A stretch of DNA of 64,000 bases from Mobula hypostoma (lineage: Eukaryota). This document shows positions 49,560 to 61,711 of this stretch, piece by piece; position 1 is the stretch's first letter, and each line of letters begins with the position of its first letter. Where the stretch lies: contig NC_086097.1 of NCBI RefSeq assembly GCF_963921235.1, forward strand, positions 43,092,001 to 43,156,000, written 5' to 3'. The notes below the pieces were generated by a model. The model searched no databases and was not told the origin of the DNA. It saw only the letters and a list, made by a program, of their open reading frames with translations. Made by a program: the position numbers and the translations under genes.

Positions 49560-50820
49560 TGTCATAGTCATACTTTATTGATCCCAAGGGAAATTGGTTT
49601 TCGTTACAGTTGCACCATAAATAATAAATAGTGATATGTAAATTATGCCAGTAAATAAGTTCAGGACCAGCCTATTGGCTCAGGGTGTCTGACCCTCCAA
49701 GGGAGGAGTTGTAAAGTTTGATGGCCACAGGCAGGAATGACTTCCTGTGACGCTCAGTGCTGCATCTCGGTGGAATGAGTCTCTGGCTGAATGTACTCCT
49801 GTGCCCACACAGTACATTATGTAGTGGATGGAAGACATTGTCCAAGATGGCATGCAACTTGGACAGCATCCTCTTTTCAGACACCACCGTCAGAGAGTCC
49901 AGTTCCATCCCCACAACATCACTGGCCTTACGAATGAGTTTGTTGATTCTGCCAGCCAATCAAAGAAATTAAAGATAACAATCTGCTGGATGTGTGTATC
50001 TTTCATCGAAATCTGTTCCAGATTGGATAAATTCTTTCCTTCACACTATGCACTTCCTGAGTTGACTTTACTTTATTACTTACATCTTTCATATACATGA
50101 GGAGTAAAAATCTTTTATGTTATGTCTCCGTCTAAATGTGCAATGTGCAATTTATAGTAATTTGTAATAAATAGTATGTACAACAGGACAGTCGGTATGA
50201 CATAGAAATACAATTGTATCAGTATGAATTAATCCGTCTGATGGTCTGGTGGGAGAAGCTGTCCCAGAGCCTGTTGGTTCTGGCTTTTATACTGCGGTAC
50301 AGTTTCCTGGATGGTAGCAACTGGAACAGTTTGTGGTTGGGGTGACTTGGGTCTCCAATGATTCTTCGGGCCCTTCTTACACACCTGTCTTTGTAAGTGT
50401 CCTGAATAGTGGGAAGTTTACATCTATAGATGTGCTGGGCTGTTCACACCACTTTCGGCAGAGTCCTGCGATTGAGGGAAGTACAGTTCCCATACCAGGC
50501 AGTGATGCAGCTGGTCAGGATGCTCTCAGTTGTGCCCCTGTAGAAAATTCTTAGGATTTGGGGGCCCATACCAAACTTGTCTGAGGTGAAAGAGGTGCTG
50601 TTGTGCCTTTTTCACCACGTAGCCGGTATGTACAGACCATGTGAGATAGTTGGTGATCTGTATGCCAAGGAACTTAAAGCTGTTCACCCTCTCAACCCCA
50701 GATCTATTGATATCAATAAGTGTTAGCCTGTCTCCATTCCTCCTGTAGTTTTTGCGACATTGAGGGAGAGGTTGTTTTCTTGACACCACTGTGTCAGGGT
50801 GATGACTTCATCACTGTAGG
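49560..50820 (-). mobile_element. Two Rex1/Babar 3' fragments (49560-49955 and 50065-50820)
   Basis: RINKLIRKA...HPLH...TERHRKSFLPVAIKLYN; VERVNSFKFLGIQI..LTWSVHT..VVKKAQQ. Microsatellite tails. Confidence 0.85.
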
Positions 50821-51844
50821 CTGTAGCTTTATATCAAAACAAAACTTAATACAGATTATTCAGATTATAGATTGTTCAACATAATATATTCTTTGTTAAG
50901 AGAATAGCTAGAAAGTACCTTGGCCATCTCTGACATCAAAAATGATGAAGCTCTGCGTAACTTCTTGTTCAGTAGAGTTACTTAAGGAAAGTTTACAGTA
51001 ATGTAAGTTTATATTTGTACAGGTGTCCCCTGCGTTTCGAACGTTCACTTTACGAAACCTCACTGTTATGAAAGACCTACGTTAGTACCCTGTTTTCGCT
51101 TTCAGGAGGTGTTTTCACTGTTACGAAGAAAGGTAGCGTGCGATAAAAAATCAGCGCGTGAAAAAAACCAGCGCGCACCCCGAGCAGCCGCTCTCCCCCG
51201 GATTCTCGCTGCTTAAACACGCTGCACTGAGCAGCCATTAGCAAGATGAGTTCTAAGGTGTCGGAAAAGCCTGAAAGATTTCGTAAGGGTGTTACACTTA
51301 GCGTAAAACTAGACATAATTAAGCATTTCAATTGTGGTGAACGAAGCAAGGACAAAGTGAGTTTGGCTTGTGGAAGCTGACGAAGATGATGTTGAAGAGG
51401 TTTTGGCATCCCATGACCAAGAACTGATAGATGAAGAGCTGATGCAATTGGAAGAGGAGAGGATAACAATAGAAACCGAATGCAGTAGCGAAAGTGAAGT
51501 TGTCCAGGAACTGAACGTGAAGCAACTGCGTGAGATTTTCGCTGCAATGATAAAGTACGACTTTAATTTTGAAAGGGTACGTAGGTTTAGGGGATATTTT
51601 TGAGGATGTTTTGAGTCCTTACAAAGAACTGTGTGATAGAAAAATGCTCGAGGATCAGCAGTCAAGCAAGCCTTCCACATCAGCCACAGCAGACGACGAA
51701 CCTTGACCTTCAACATCGAGGCGGGCAGTCATAGGAGAAGATGAACTGCCTGCCCTGATCGACGATGAGATGACACCCCTGTGGCCCACCACCCCAAACC
51801 CCAGGCCTGGGACAGATACTGTACAGATTTGCAGAGAATGCAGC

Positions 51845-52060
51845 AGTAGCCAGGAGACACACACCACATTTTTAAGAAAAAAGCCGAAATAAACATGCTA
51901 ATTAATTAGGTGCTGCCTAGCACGTAATTGTCAGCCCAGATCAGTGCTGACGCAATCGCCTCTGATCTGCACCGACATTTACGTGCTGGGCAGCACCTGA
52001 TTAATTAGCATGTTTATTTCGGCCTTTTTCTTAAAGATGTGCTGTGTGCCTCCCAGCTAC
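51845..52060. repeat. Long internal palindrome (~100-bp arms) within the Tigger
   Basis: AAGAAAAAAGCCGAAATAAACATGCTAATTAATTAGGTGCTGCCTAGCACGTAA... inverted to ...TTACGTGCTGGGCAGCACCTGATTAATTAGCATGTTTATTTCGGCCTTTTTCTT. Confidence 0.9.
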
Positions 52061-52212
52061 TCCTGCGTGCTTCGCGGCAATGTATCAGTCGGCAGCCTGG
52101 AGGGTGGGGGCCACTGCACCACCCCAACCTGCGACGACTCAGTCTAACACAACATCATCAGTGTGCTCGATGTCTTCCCAATTCCAGTAAATGATACTAC
52201 ACTGTACATACA

Positions 52213-53231
52213 CTAAAACACAAGGAATTCTGCGGATGCTGGAAATTCAAGCGACACACATCAAAGTTGCTAGTGAACGCAGCAGGCCAGGTAGCATCTC
52301 TAGGAAGAGGTACTGTCAATATTTCAGGCCGAGACCCTTCGTCAGGACTAACTGAAGAAAGAGCTAGTAAGAGATTTAAAAGTGGAAGGGGGAGATCCAA
52401 AATGATAGGAGAAGACAGGAGGTGGAGGGATGGAGCCAAGAGCTGGACAGGTGATTGGTAAAAGGGATATGAGAGGATCATGGGACAGGTGGCCCAGGGA
52501 GAAGGAAAAGGGGGAGGGGGGAAAAGCCCAGAGGATGGGCAAGGGTTATAGTCAGAGGGACAGAGGGAGAAAAAGGAGAGTGAGAGAACAAATGTGTATA
52601 TATAAATAACGGATGGGATACGAGGGAGGTGGGGCATTAGGGGAAGTTAGAGAAGTCAATGTTCATGCCATCAGGTTGGAGGCTACCCAGACGGAATATA
52701 AGGTGTTGTTCCTCCAACCTGAGTGTGGCTTCATATTTACAGTTGAGGAGGCCGTGGATAGACATGTCAGAATGGGAATGGGATGTGGCATTAAAATGTG
52801 TGACCACTGGGAGATCCTGCTTTCTCTGGTGGACAGAGCATAGGTGTTCAGCGAAACAATCTCCCAGTCTGTGTCGGGTCTCACCAATATATAAAAGGCC
52901 ACATCGGGAGCACTGGACGCAGTATATCACTCCAGCCGACTCACAGGTGAAGTGTTGCCTCACCTGGAAGGACTGTTTGGGGCCCTGAATGCTGGTAAGG
53001 GCGGAAGTGTAAGGGTATGTGTAGCACTTGTTCCGCTTACAAGGATAAGTGCCAGGAGGGAGATCAGTGGGGAGGGATGGGGGGGGGATGAATGGACAAG
53101 GGAGTCGCGTAGGGAGCAATCCTTGTGGAAAGCAGTCGGGGGGGGGAGGGAAAGATATGCTTGGAGGTGGCGGAAGTTACGGAGAATAATATGTTGGACC
53201 CGGAGGCTGGTGGGGTGGTAGGTAAGGACCA
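52213..53231 (-). mobile_element. Penelope-like element 3' part: GIY-YIG endonuclease plus terminal repeat with hammerhead
   Basis: ORF 52637-53119 (-): FTCESAGVIYCVQCSRCGLLYIGETRHRL..FAEH..HFN..RLEEQHLIFRLGSLQPDGMN. TSD GTACATACA at 52204-52212 and 53232-53240. Hammerhead at 52314-52349. Confidence 0.92.
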
Positions 53232-54589
53232 GTACATACATTATTTCTACTTTATATAGGCTGTGTATTTTTATGTGTTATTTGGCAGCTTCATAGTTTA
53301 AAGGTTACTGGAGAGCGCGTTTATGCCAACAGCACTTGCGTGAGATTTTCTGCCGAGAGCGCTTGCATGAGATTTTCGCTATGGAGATCTGTGCAGGCAT
53401 TCATTGTAGAGAAGTATTTCTACTTTATATAGGCTGTGTATTTATCATATCATTCCTGCTTTAACTATATGTTACTGTTATTTTAGGTTTTATGTGTTAT
53501 TTGGCATGATTTGGTAGGTTATTTTTGGGTCTGCAAACGCTCACAAAATTTTCCTATATAAATGGTAATTGCTTCTTCGCTTTACGACATTTCGGCTTAT
53601 GAACCGTTTCATGGAAACGCTCTACCTTCGGATGGCGGGGGAAACCTGTATTCTGAGATACTGGCGACTTTATTGATGGGCTCACAAGAACATTAGAGGT
53701 CATCCATTAATGAAGTTTCCGATTCTCTTAAAAACTCCAAAACTGTTGAATGTTTTGCATCTTTCAAATGCAGCTGGTTGTTCTGTTGCTGTGTTTGAAA
53801 GAGTAAAAGGGGGAAAGAATTTATTTTCTATCATCTTTTGATTTTTCATTGTCCTTTCTGCAAAGGATTTAGAAATGACATATTTAAATATTATAAAACA
53901 AAGTGATGTTGCTTTTGTTTAGTAGTTACCAAACATTGAAGTTGAATATGAAAGCTCAATGAAAGGGTGTAGAACTTTTGCTTTTTGTGGGAGAAAACAG
54001 GGGAATAAATGTAAAAGTCACTTGGGTATGTGGATAAGAAAGGGTTAGAAGGATCTGGGCCAATGTGGGCAGATGGGATTAACTTGTCTATGCCATCCAA
54101 TGTAGTTAAGTTGGGCCAAAGGGCTGTTTCTGTTTCTGGCACTTTGACCCAACTTGTTTTAATGAGTCTTTTGCAGGCCCTTGAAGTTGATCTGCAAGAT
54201 TATCAAAGATGGTTTATTAAAGCTGTCAGCAGTAAGATGAGAACAAGTTTGTTTTATTGATGGACCTGCTGATAAATCAATGAAAGAAAAGAACTAGGGA
54301 CAGATTTTTCACTTTGTTGATTTATAGAATGAACATGAAGACTAAAACATTGTAATAGCTGTCTAACAGTATAGAGAAAGCCTGGCCTTGAAACAAATCT
54401 TAGTCCAAGTGCCAAGTATCAGAATCAGAAGGTTGCAATTAAATTGCCTTGTTAGTGATTGACTATTTCAATTTTTGTGAGGATTTGATGTTGAAAATAA
54501 AATATGCAATATTGACTTGTGTTTCTGTTTTTTTTTATAAGTCATCAACATGGTCATTATCTTAGCTTGATGCATATCAATCCTTTGGG

Positions 54590-54895
54590 TTAGAGTCATA
54601 GCGTCATACAGCATAGAAACAGGCCTTTCAGCATAGTTGGTCCATGCCAAACAAGATGCCTGTCCAAGCTATTCTATTTTGCCAACATTTGGCCCATAAT
54701 CTTTTAAACCATTCCAATCCATGTACCTGTCCAACTGTCTTTTTAATATTATTGTAAATGCCTCAACCACTACCTCTGACAGTTACCACTCTTATGTTTT
54801 AAAACAAAATTTCCTCAAGTTCCTATTAAATATTTTTCTTCTCACCTTAAAGTTGTGTCCTGTAGGTCTTCATTCCCCAGCCCTGGGAAAAAGTT
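54590..54895 (-). mobile_element. CR1 3' end fragment
   Basis: TACAGCATAGAAACAGGCCTTTCAGC tail and CCATGTACCTGTCCAACT (LDRYMD on the minus strand). Confidence 0.75.
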
Positions 54896-55392
54896 GAAAA
54901 ACTGGAATACAATCTATTGTTTGAAAATTTCTAACATTACGTTTATCATTGAGATTTGATGAAGAAATAGAATAGTAATAGCTGACAAATAGAAATTGTG
55001 AAGAATTAATGAAAAGATCTATTTAAATATATAAAAAGCATTCAAGTATCACCTTGCTTCTGCCTTTCAACACTATTTCTTAATGAAAATTTGCTAGCTC
55101 TTCGTGCAGATTGTTTAAATAAAACTGAAAATTAATTAATTTATCTCTTATGGAATCAGAAGTAATTCTCAACAACATCTGACCAAGATGAACTTTAAAA
55201 CCTGAATAGTATTTCAGAAGAAATGTGGTTAGATAGAATATTTCTGAAGAAATATGGATAATGCATATTTAGTACAGATGTAGAATCCTTTTGTGAGAAG
55301 CTACAGTTGAACAATTTGATAACTCATTATTGCAAGTCATTGGCAAGCGATTTGAAGTATTAACACAATTTGTCTGCTGTTCTTTTAATTAG

Positions 55393-55445
55393 GGTCACTG
55401 TAATGATGTCCTGATCTTTCAGACACAGCCATATTCACTGTTCAG
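55393..55445 (+). CDS. KLHDC1: KLHDC1 coding exon 12, 53 bp
   Basis: attag|GGT...TTCAG|gtaact. GHCNDVLIFQTQPYSLF, the start of the BC-box. Confidence 0.95.
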
Positions 55446-56289
55446 GTAACTTTTCCATTTTCCATTTGATGGAGAACTTGATTAAAATGATTTTACGAGC
55501 TATGAACGGAAATAGTGATTTGCATATCTTTCAAAACAGCACCCTTGAAAAATGAAGGATAACTTGTTTGTAATCTTCTTTGTTACAAGCATTGAAATTA
55601 AAATTCTGCTATTTTGGATAATTTTTATTTGGTAAACTTTTTACCCTTTTGCTGTCTTAATGTTGGAGTTACCAAATATCTGGCTTGAGAATAAAATCAA
55701 GCATGGAGATGTAGCGGTTTTAGTGATTTATTTAATTACACCGCTCGTGCAGTCTATGGAGCATTTGGAATGGGAGCTGGTGCTGACTTGGATCAATAAT
55801 GTAATGATGCTAGATCCTGCCAGAAATAGATGGGGTAGTTTTTTAAAAATTTCAAATTATGGATCAGTGGATTGAACATAGATCGTGGTTCTTCACCCAC
55901 TATTTTGTGCCAATCTTTTAACCTACTCCATGATCAATCTAATCCTTGTCTCACACTTAATCCCCCATTTTTCTTTCATCCATGTGGATTGTAGAAATAT
56001 GATTTTAAATTTCTCGGTCTTTTAATGTTTTCTTAACACTCTGGTTAGCTACAGTATAAATTGTTTTCTTCTCTCAAGTGTGAGGGCTAGGTAATGCCTG
56101 TTGAGCTAAAATAGGGGCATCTGTAAAATATTTACTGAAATCTTATATTTGCTTAACACACAGGAAAAAATCTGTTGGAGTGGACTTTAGGAAAATGCTA
56201 ATAAGATCAGACATTCTCAACTTGGTTTCTGAGCATGGGAGGTTCTCGTAGAAATTAATGTGGAGGATTTTAACAGCCTTGGGTGGTGG

Positions 56290-56630
56290 GGTGGAAATGC
56301 CTCTCTACCAAAGGAGGTGTAAGGCACTTTTTCCCTCCACTAGCCTAAGGTGTAGCACCTGCTTAGTCCCGGTCTTGTGAAGCCATGAGAGCGGGTGGTA
56401 GATGATCATATGAGTAGCTGGTACATATCACGCCCTGGTTATGCAACCACTGACTGCAGGCAAACAATCTCTGATAAGTATTGACAATGGATGAGGTCAC
56501 ACATCTTGTAAAGACACTGCCCAGAAAAAGGCAATAGCAAACTATTTCTGTAGAAAAATGTGTCAAGAATAATCGTGGTCAATAGACCATGATTGTCTAC
56601 ATCATATGACATGGCACATGATGATGACAA
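56290..56630 (+). mobile_element. RTE-related SINE-like element
   Basis: AGAAAAAGGCAATAGCAAACTA motif (like RTE/Sauria-type GAAGAAGGCAATGGCAAACCA) and a (TGA)n tail. Confidence 0.5.
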
Positions 56631-56849
56631 ACAATAATTCTTGAATACAATAGTGTAAGTAAACCTAGATAATGAGTGGCCGTTACTCATTATCCTGTTG
56701 TTTGCATAGTTGAGTTTCACAATAATAGTCACTGAATTGAAGATCAGAAGGTTAGCGCTGGCTCTAGCAGAAGAAACCAGAGTTAACTTCATTAAAGATC
56801 ATACTTTTCAAACTAAATGTACACCATGCCATACTTGTGATATATTTAG

Positions 56850-57290
56850 AGTTAGATTTGGCTCACTGGTGCTCCTTCCTGAATAAGGAGGTGAGTATTT
56901 AGTGTACTCTTTCGGATAAGACATTAAACCCTGGCTTTTTACAGAGATAGACATAGGATCCTATGGCACTAGAGTTGGGAATGATCCCTGATCTCCTGGT
57001 TAATATTTATTTCTAGCTCAACATTTATGCCAAAAATTAAAATAATTGATCATTATAGTAGTTTTGCTCTTTATGGAAGTCTTGTGTGCACCCATTGTTT
57101 GTCACATTTTCTATGCTCTAATAGCATCTACAGTTCCAAAGTAAAACCACCAAACTTGACATGACCACACGAGTATTTTCAGCATTCCAAATTTCTAGAA
57201 TTTAGTTTTTAAAAAAATTACAAATCAAAAATGCTTCATTTGGTATGAAGTTTTTTGGGGATGTGTGAAAAAGAGGCATGAGGGGTGCAG
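56850..57290 (+). mobile_element. Deu-domain SINE (SacSINE1/AmnSINE1-like), old
   Basis: TCTTTCGGATAAGACATTAAACC...GATCCTATGGCACTA...TCCTGGTTAATATTTAT...TTGCTCTTTATGGAAGTCTTGTGTGCAC...CTTCATTTGGTATGAAG matches my recollection of the DeuSINE consensus, in the same order. Confidence 0.7.
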
Positions 57291-57362
57291 ACATATAGGA
57301 AATATAGGATAATCTTCATGTGGTTTACATGCATTGTGTGATTTTCTTTTAATACTTTATAG

Positions 57363-57495
57363 GTTGTGCTTAGACTGCATTGCTAAGAGTTCCACGGTGT
57401 TACAGAGTCAGCTTCCATGGTTGCCTCGTCAATTGCTTTCGCAAGTCAAGAAAAAAATCACTTTCTGGGTTTTAGCTGGACGCCAAAAAAAATGA
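57363..57495 (+). CDS. KLHDC1: KLHDC1 terminal coding exon 13 (BC-box/cullin-box region, stop TGA)
   Basis: tatag|G TTG TGC... LCLDCIAKSSTVLQSQLPWLPRQLLSQVKKKITFWVLAGRQKK*. Matches KLHDC1 CLDCI...LP..LL.QV.KKITFW. Confidence 0.93.
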
Positions 57496-57716
57496 AAATA
57501 TTTTGAACAGTTTGAATTAACGTTTGTATATATCACATTGAATTGATACATTGTAAGAACTATGCCATTATGATAGGCAAATGTAATATTTGAAATGTAC
57601 AAACCCAAATTGGGTTGATAAAAAAAAGTGATTGTTAAGTTTTATTATATTAATTTTGTAGACTGATTAACATAGATATGTTAATTCATTTTATATCATC
57701 CTGGTCCAGATTCTGA

Positions 57717-57769
57717 AATAAATTGTTTTGAGTAAAAATACCAGTTGTGATGGCTTTTTCATCAATAAA
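57717..57769 (+). promoter_or_regulatory. Candidate polyadenylation signals of KLHDC1
   Basis: AATAAA at 57717-57722 and 57764-57769, about 220-270 nt after the stop, in an AT-rich 3' UTR-like stretch. Confidence 0.45.
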
Positions 57770-58131
57770 TATAAACTGGTAAATCATATTATTAAGAAAA
57801 ATTATGATATTAGGTAATTACAAAGTGCCTTTTTCTTTAATTTTCACTAATCATTAACTCATCATTCATTGTTGTTCACAAATTACTAGATTATCCTTAG
57901 CAGTGTAAGATTGCTTTATGTTGAATTTAAGGTAATTCACTTTTATTGATTGCTGGAGACTTTGGAATTGTTATCATTCAGGCTAATTGAGAAAGTTTTT
58001 TTCTTTTTATTCCTGATATATAGTTATTTATTGTAATTAGGAAATACCTGTTTTGATTGTTAATAGATTGAGCAACAACGTAAGGGTAGAAAGATGTATA
58101 ACAAAGTAACTATTATTGGGATATTCTAAAC

Positions 58132-58211
58132 CAGGAGTTCCCAACCTGGGGTCCATGGACCCCCCAGTTAATGGTAGGGGTGCATGGCACAAATAAGGTT
58201 GGAAATCCCTG
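58132..58211. mobile_element. 80-bp hAT (Charlie-like) MITE
   Basis: TIRs CAGGAGTTCCCAACCT / AGGTTGGAAATCCCTG. 8-bp TSD TTCTAAAC / CTCTAAAC. Confidence 0.85.
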
Positions 58212-58566
58212 CTCTAAACTTTGGGATTTGTTCATGTTTCAACTGAATGTGCTTCAAATACACTTTGATTCACCATTAAATGTTAATCTCATATTTAAAT
58301 CCTTAAATTGCATTGGTATTGTGCACATTTAAAAAAACTTTGGTGTCAGTTTTGTAATCAGTTAATGTTAGAATATAAAAAGGATGTTACGTTGTTCTTA
58401 ATTTTGGGGAAAATGCCAAAAGGCTCATTGAAAGATGCATGGATATATTGCTTTTCAGAAAAGTGACAATGCTTTTCATAGTAACAGAATGTACATCTAT
58501 ACCTGTTCTTTTTGAGTTTATTTAATGTGGCCTGTAACCAAACTTCACAAAGTTAAATTTTGAGTC

Positions 58567-58870
58567 TCAAACACGAGAAAATCTGCCAGTGCTGGAAATC
58601 CAAAACAACACACACAAAATGCTGGAGGAACTGAGCAGGTCAGGTAGCATACAGAAAAGAGTAAACAGTCGATGTTTCGGGCCAAGACCCTTCTTCAGGA
58701 AAGGAAGGAGATTAATTGACAACTGTAAATTGCTCTGAGTATGCAGGTGAGTGGTAAAAACCTGTGGAGAGAATAAAGATTTGGGGATTATTGTAAATGT
58801 GTACAGTTGAAGATTGGTATGGACTTGGTGAGTTGAATGGGCTAATTCTGTGCAGAATCTCTCTATGTTG
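58567..58870. mobile_element. Penelope terminal repeat (minus, hammerhead 58667-58700) abutting the 3' half of a V-SINE (plus)
   Basis: AAACACGAGAAAATCTGC...TTTCGGGCCAAGACCCTTCTTCAGGA, then TTAATTGACAACTGTAAATTGC...GGGCTAATTCTGTGC. Confidence 0.7.
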
Positions 58871-59084
58871 AGACTGGAGGAGAGGGGCCCAAAAAAGTGC
58901 TGCTGTTCTGTGAGACCAACCAGCAGATCCACTGGAATGATCATTTCTTTCCACCTCTGTTGGATAGTAAATAGCAGCTTTTAAACATTTCCTAATGATT
59001 GTTTATGTTCAAATTAAACTACAGTAGCATGGTGAAGCACAATACCTTATATAAATAAAAGACTGGATTTAATAATTAATTTCA

Positions 59085-61710
59085 AGTTAAAGTTCAAGTT
59101 TGTCATCTGACTGTGCATATCCAACCAAAATAAACAACATTCCTCTGGACCACGGTGCACCCACAAAAACATAACACACAGCACATAAACCAAAAAATTA
59201 CCATAAATAAGTTAATAAAATATAATTCAAAATGCATGCAGCACAGGATGCAGTAAACAAAAAGCTTGCTGACCTAGTTGTATTCATTAGTCTCACAGCC
59301 TGAGGGAAGAAGCTGTTATACAGTCTGACAGTCCTAGGCTTCATGCTTCTGCATCTCCTTCCTGATGGTAGAGATAGTGGAATGGGTGGTGGGGATCCTC
59401 AACAATGCTGTGAGCCCTTGTCTACAACACTCCTGGTAAATGTCACAAATAGGGGAATGGGCAACTCTGGTGATCTTCAGTAGATTTTATTATCTTCTGT
59501 AAGGCCTTGAGGTCTGATGTCTTGCAGCCTCCATACCACACAAAGGTGCAGCCAGACAGGTGCTCTGTAGAAAGTTATTGAATAGGGGTGGGGAGCCTTG
59601 CACATCTGTTTCCTCAGTGTCTATACAGCGATCTGATTTTGAATAGTGATGAAGTATTGTGGGTTCAGGTTAGATTGTCCATTATGTGTACTTCCTAACC
59701 GGAAGACAAAATCTGTGCAGATTGGTGATAATATCTCCTTGCTGACAATACTGGCGCACCTTGGGTGTGTGCTTTGACCACTGCTCTACTCCCTTTATAC
59801 CCATGACTGTGTGGCTAGGTATAACTCAAATACCATCTAGCTATTTGCTGATAGACCTTTGTTGATAGAATTTCAGATGGAGATGAGAGGGTGCACAGGA
59901 GTGAGATAGTGGAGTGGTGTCGCAGCAACAACCTTGCACTCAATGTCAGTAAGACAAAAGAGCTGATTGTGGTCTTCAGAAAGGGTAAAACAAGGGAACA
60001 CGAACCAATCCTCATAAGAGGGATCAGAAGTGAAGAGAGTGAGCAATTTCAACTTTCTGGGTGTCAAGACCTCCGAGGATCTAACCTGGTCCCAACATAT
60101 TAATGCAACTATAGTGAGGGCAAGACAATGGCTATATTTCATTAGGATTTTGAAGAGATTTGGTTTGTCACCTAAAACATTCAAACTTCTGTAAACGCAC
60201 CGTGGAGAGCATTCTGACAGGCTGCATCACTGCCTGGTATGGGGGGGAAGGGCACTACTGCACAGGACCAAAAGAAGCTACAGAAACTTGTAAAATTAGT
60301 CAACTGCATCTTGGGTACTAGTCTCTGTGGTATCCAAGACATCTTCAAGAAGCAGTGCCTCAGAAAGGTGACGTCCATTATTAAGGACCCCCATCACCCA
60401 GGGCATGCCCTCTTATTGTTACTGTCAGGAAGTACAGAAGCCTGATGAGGCACACTCAGCAGTTCAGGAACAGCTTTTTCAATTCAATTCAATTCAAAAA
60501 ACTTTATTGTCATTCAAACCATACATCAGCTCTGCAGGGCAGAATGAGATAGCGTTTCCCAGGAGAAGTGCAATCATAACAAATGCAACACTAAATAATA
60601 AACATAACAATAAATAGTAAAACACAACAGCCACATGTCGGTTAAAGTCAAGTCCAAAGCAGAATCAGGTAGAGCAGCTATTTAGCAGTCTGACTGCCTG
60701 TGGGAGGAAGCTGTTTAGTAGCCTTGTGGTTTTAGTTTTGATGCTTCTGTAATGTTTGCCTGATGGCAGAAGAACAAACAGTTCATGGAGAGGGTGTGAG
60801 GAGTCTTTAATGATGTACCGTGTCTTCTGGAGGCATCGACTCTGAAAGTCTTGCACAGAAGGTAGGGAGACCCCAATAACCTCTGCTCCCCTAACCACCC
60901 TCTGCAAGGCTTTTTTGTCGACAGCACTGCAGCTGGAGTACCAGGTTGTGATGCTAAAGGTCAGCACACTTCTCTGCCATCAGATTCCTAAATGGATGTT
61001 GAATTTGTGAACATTACCTCACTTTTTAAAATATAATTTTTGTTTTTGCACTATTTTTAATCTATTTAATATACATAACTAATTTACTTTTTTTCTTTTT
61101 ATTGTAATACCCTGGGAAAGGTTTCACTGCTAATGTAATGGTCTTTCTGTACCAGCAGTGTTTGGGTTATGATTAGAGATAATGGGTGCTTTGGAATGTG
61201 AGCCATCCTACGAGGGGAGTGTTTTTTCTGGCTGTGTGCCTGGCTGGGTGATATGGGTCTTTTGTTCAGCAGAAGGAGGAGAGGTCATAGACACCAGAAA
61301 GGAGTGGACTTGGAGTGGGGTCGGGAGTCGATGAAGGACCAGCAGAAGGGAAGCCATAAACTCCAACTTGTGTAGATTTGACTGTTTTATTAAAGTGGGC
61401 CCATTTTTTTTTCTGTTTTATTTTACCAACCCTTTAGTCAAATTAAGAATTATAAAGCTAAATCGTTTAATTGCACATGGTGTGCTGTCTGTTATTTCAT
61501 GTTACTGATTTGTAACAGGGTAACACATCATACAGCAGCCACACAAACAGGAGGTTTGCACATCAGGTTCCTGGGTTTGGTGGGGCCAGAGACTGTCTTC
61601 CCTAGACTTATGCAGCCAACAGAACCTGAGGGTTACATTATATTATCTTATTACTGCTGCTAATTTAACAAATTTCATGATAAATACTGGTGATAATAAA
61701 TCTGGTTCTG
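59085..61710. mobile_element. Rex1/Babar cluster: minus 3' fragment (59085-59700) and plus RT fragment (59710-61710), interrupted by a minus copy with (TTCAA)n tail (60480-60968) and a solo LTR
   Basis: WCRSNNLALNVSKTKELIVVFRK, LQKLVK..IIKDPHHPGH; minus ITTWYSSC..LQRVV..LLPSGKHYRS..NSFLPQAVRLLN. Confidence 0.85.
61103..61637 (+). mobile_element. Solo Gypsy LTR (535 bp)
   Basis: TGTAATACCCT...AGGGTTACA with perfect 4-bp TSD TTAT. Shares motifs with the 28650 LTR (TTAGAGATA..GGGTGCT, TATAAAG, TTCCC(C)TAGAC). Confidence 0.85.
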
Positions 61711-61711
61711 A

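Larger units (their letters stand above)
51020..53648 (+). mobile_element. Tigger/pogo (Tc1-mariner) DNA transposon, internally deleted
   Basis: TA|CAGGTGTCCCC...GGGGGAAACCTG|TA, imperfect 25-bp TIRs (19/25). The transposase N-terminus MSSKVSEKPERFRKGVTLSVKLDIIKHF (from 51246) joins the acidic C-terminus EDDVEEVLASHDQELIDEELMQLEEE. The DDE core is missing. Confidence 0.85.

Noticed and set aside
1256..57495. Assignment to KLHDC2 or another kelch gene
   Set aside because: The diagnostic peptides RDKLSCWVYKD, LWHTACLGKE, GHCND.LIFQTQPYSL and KKITFW match KLHDC1 as I recall it.
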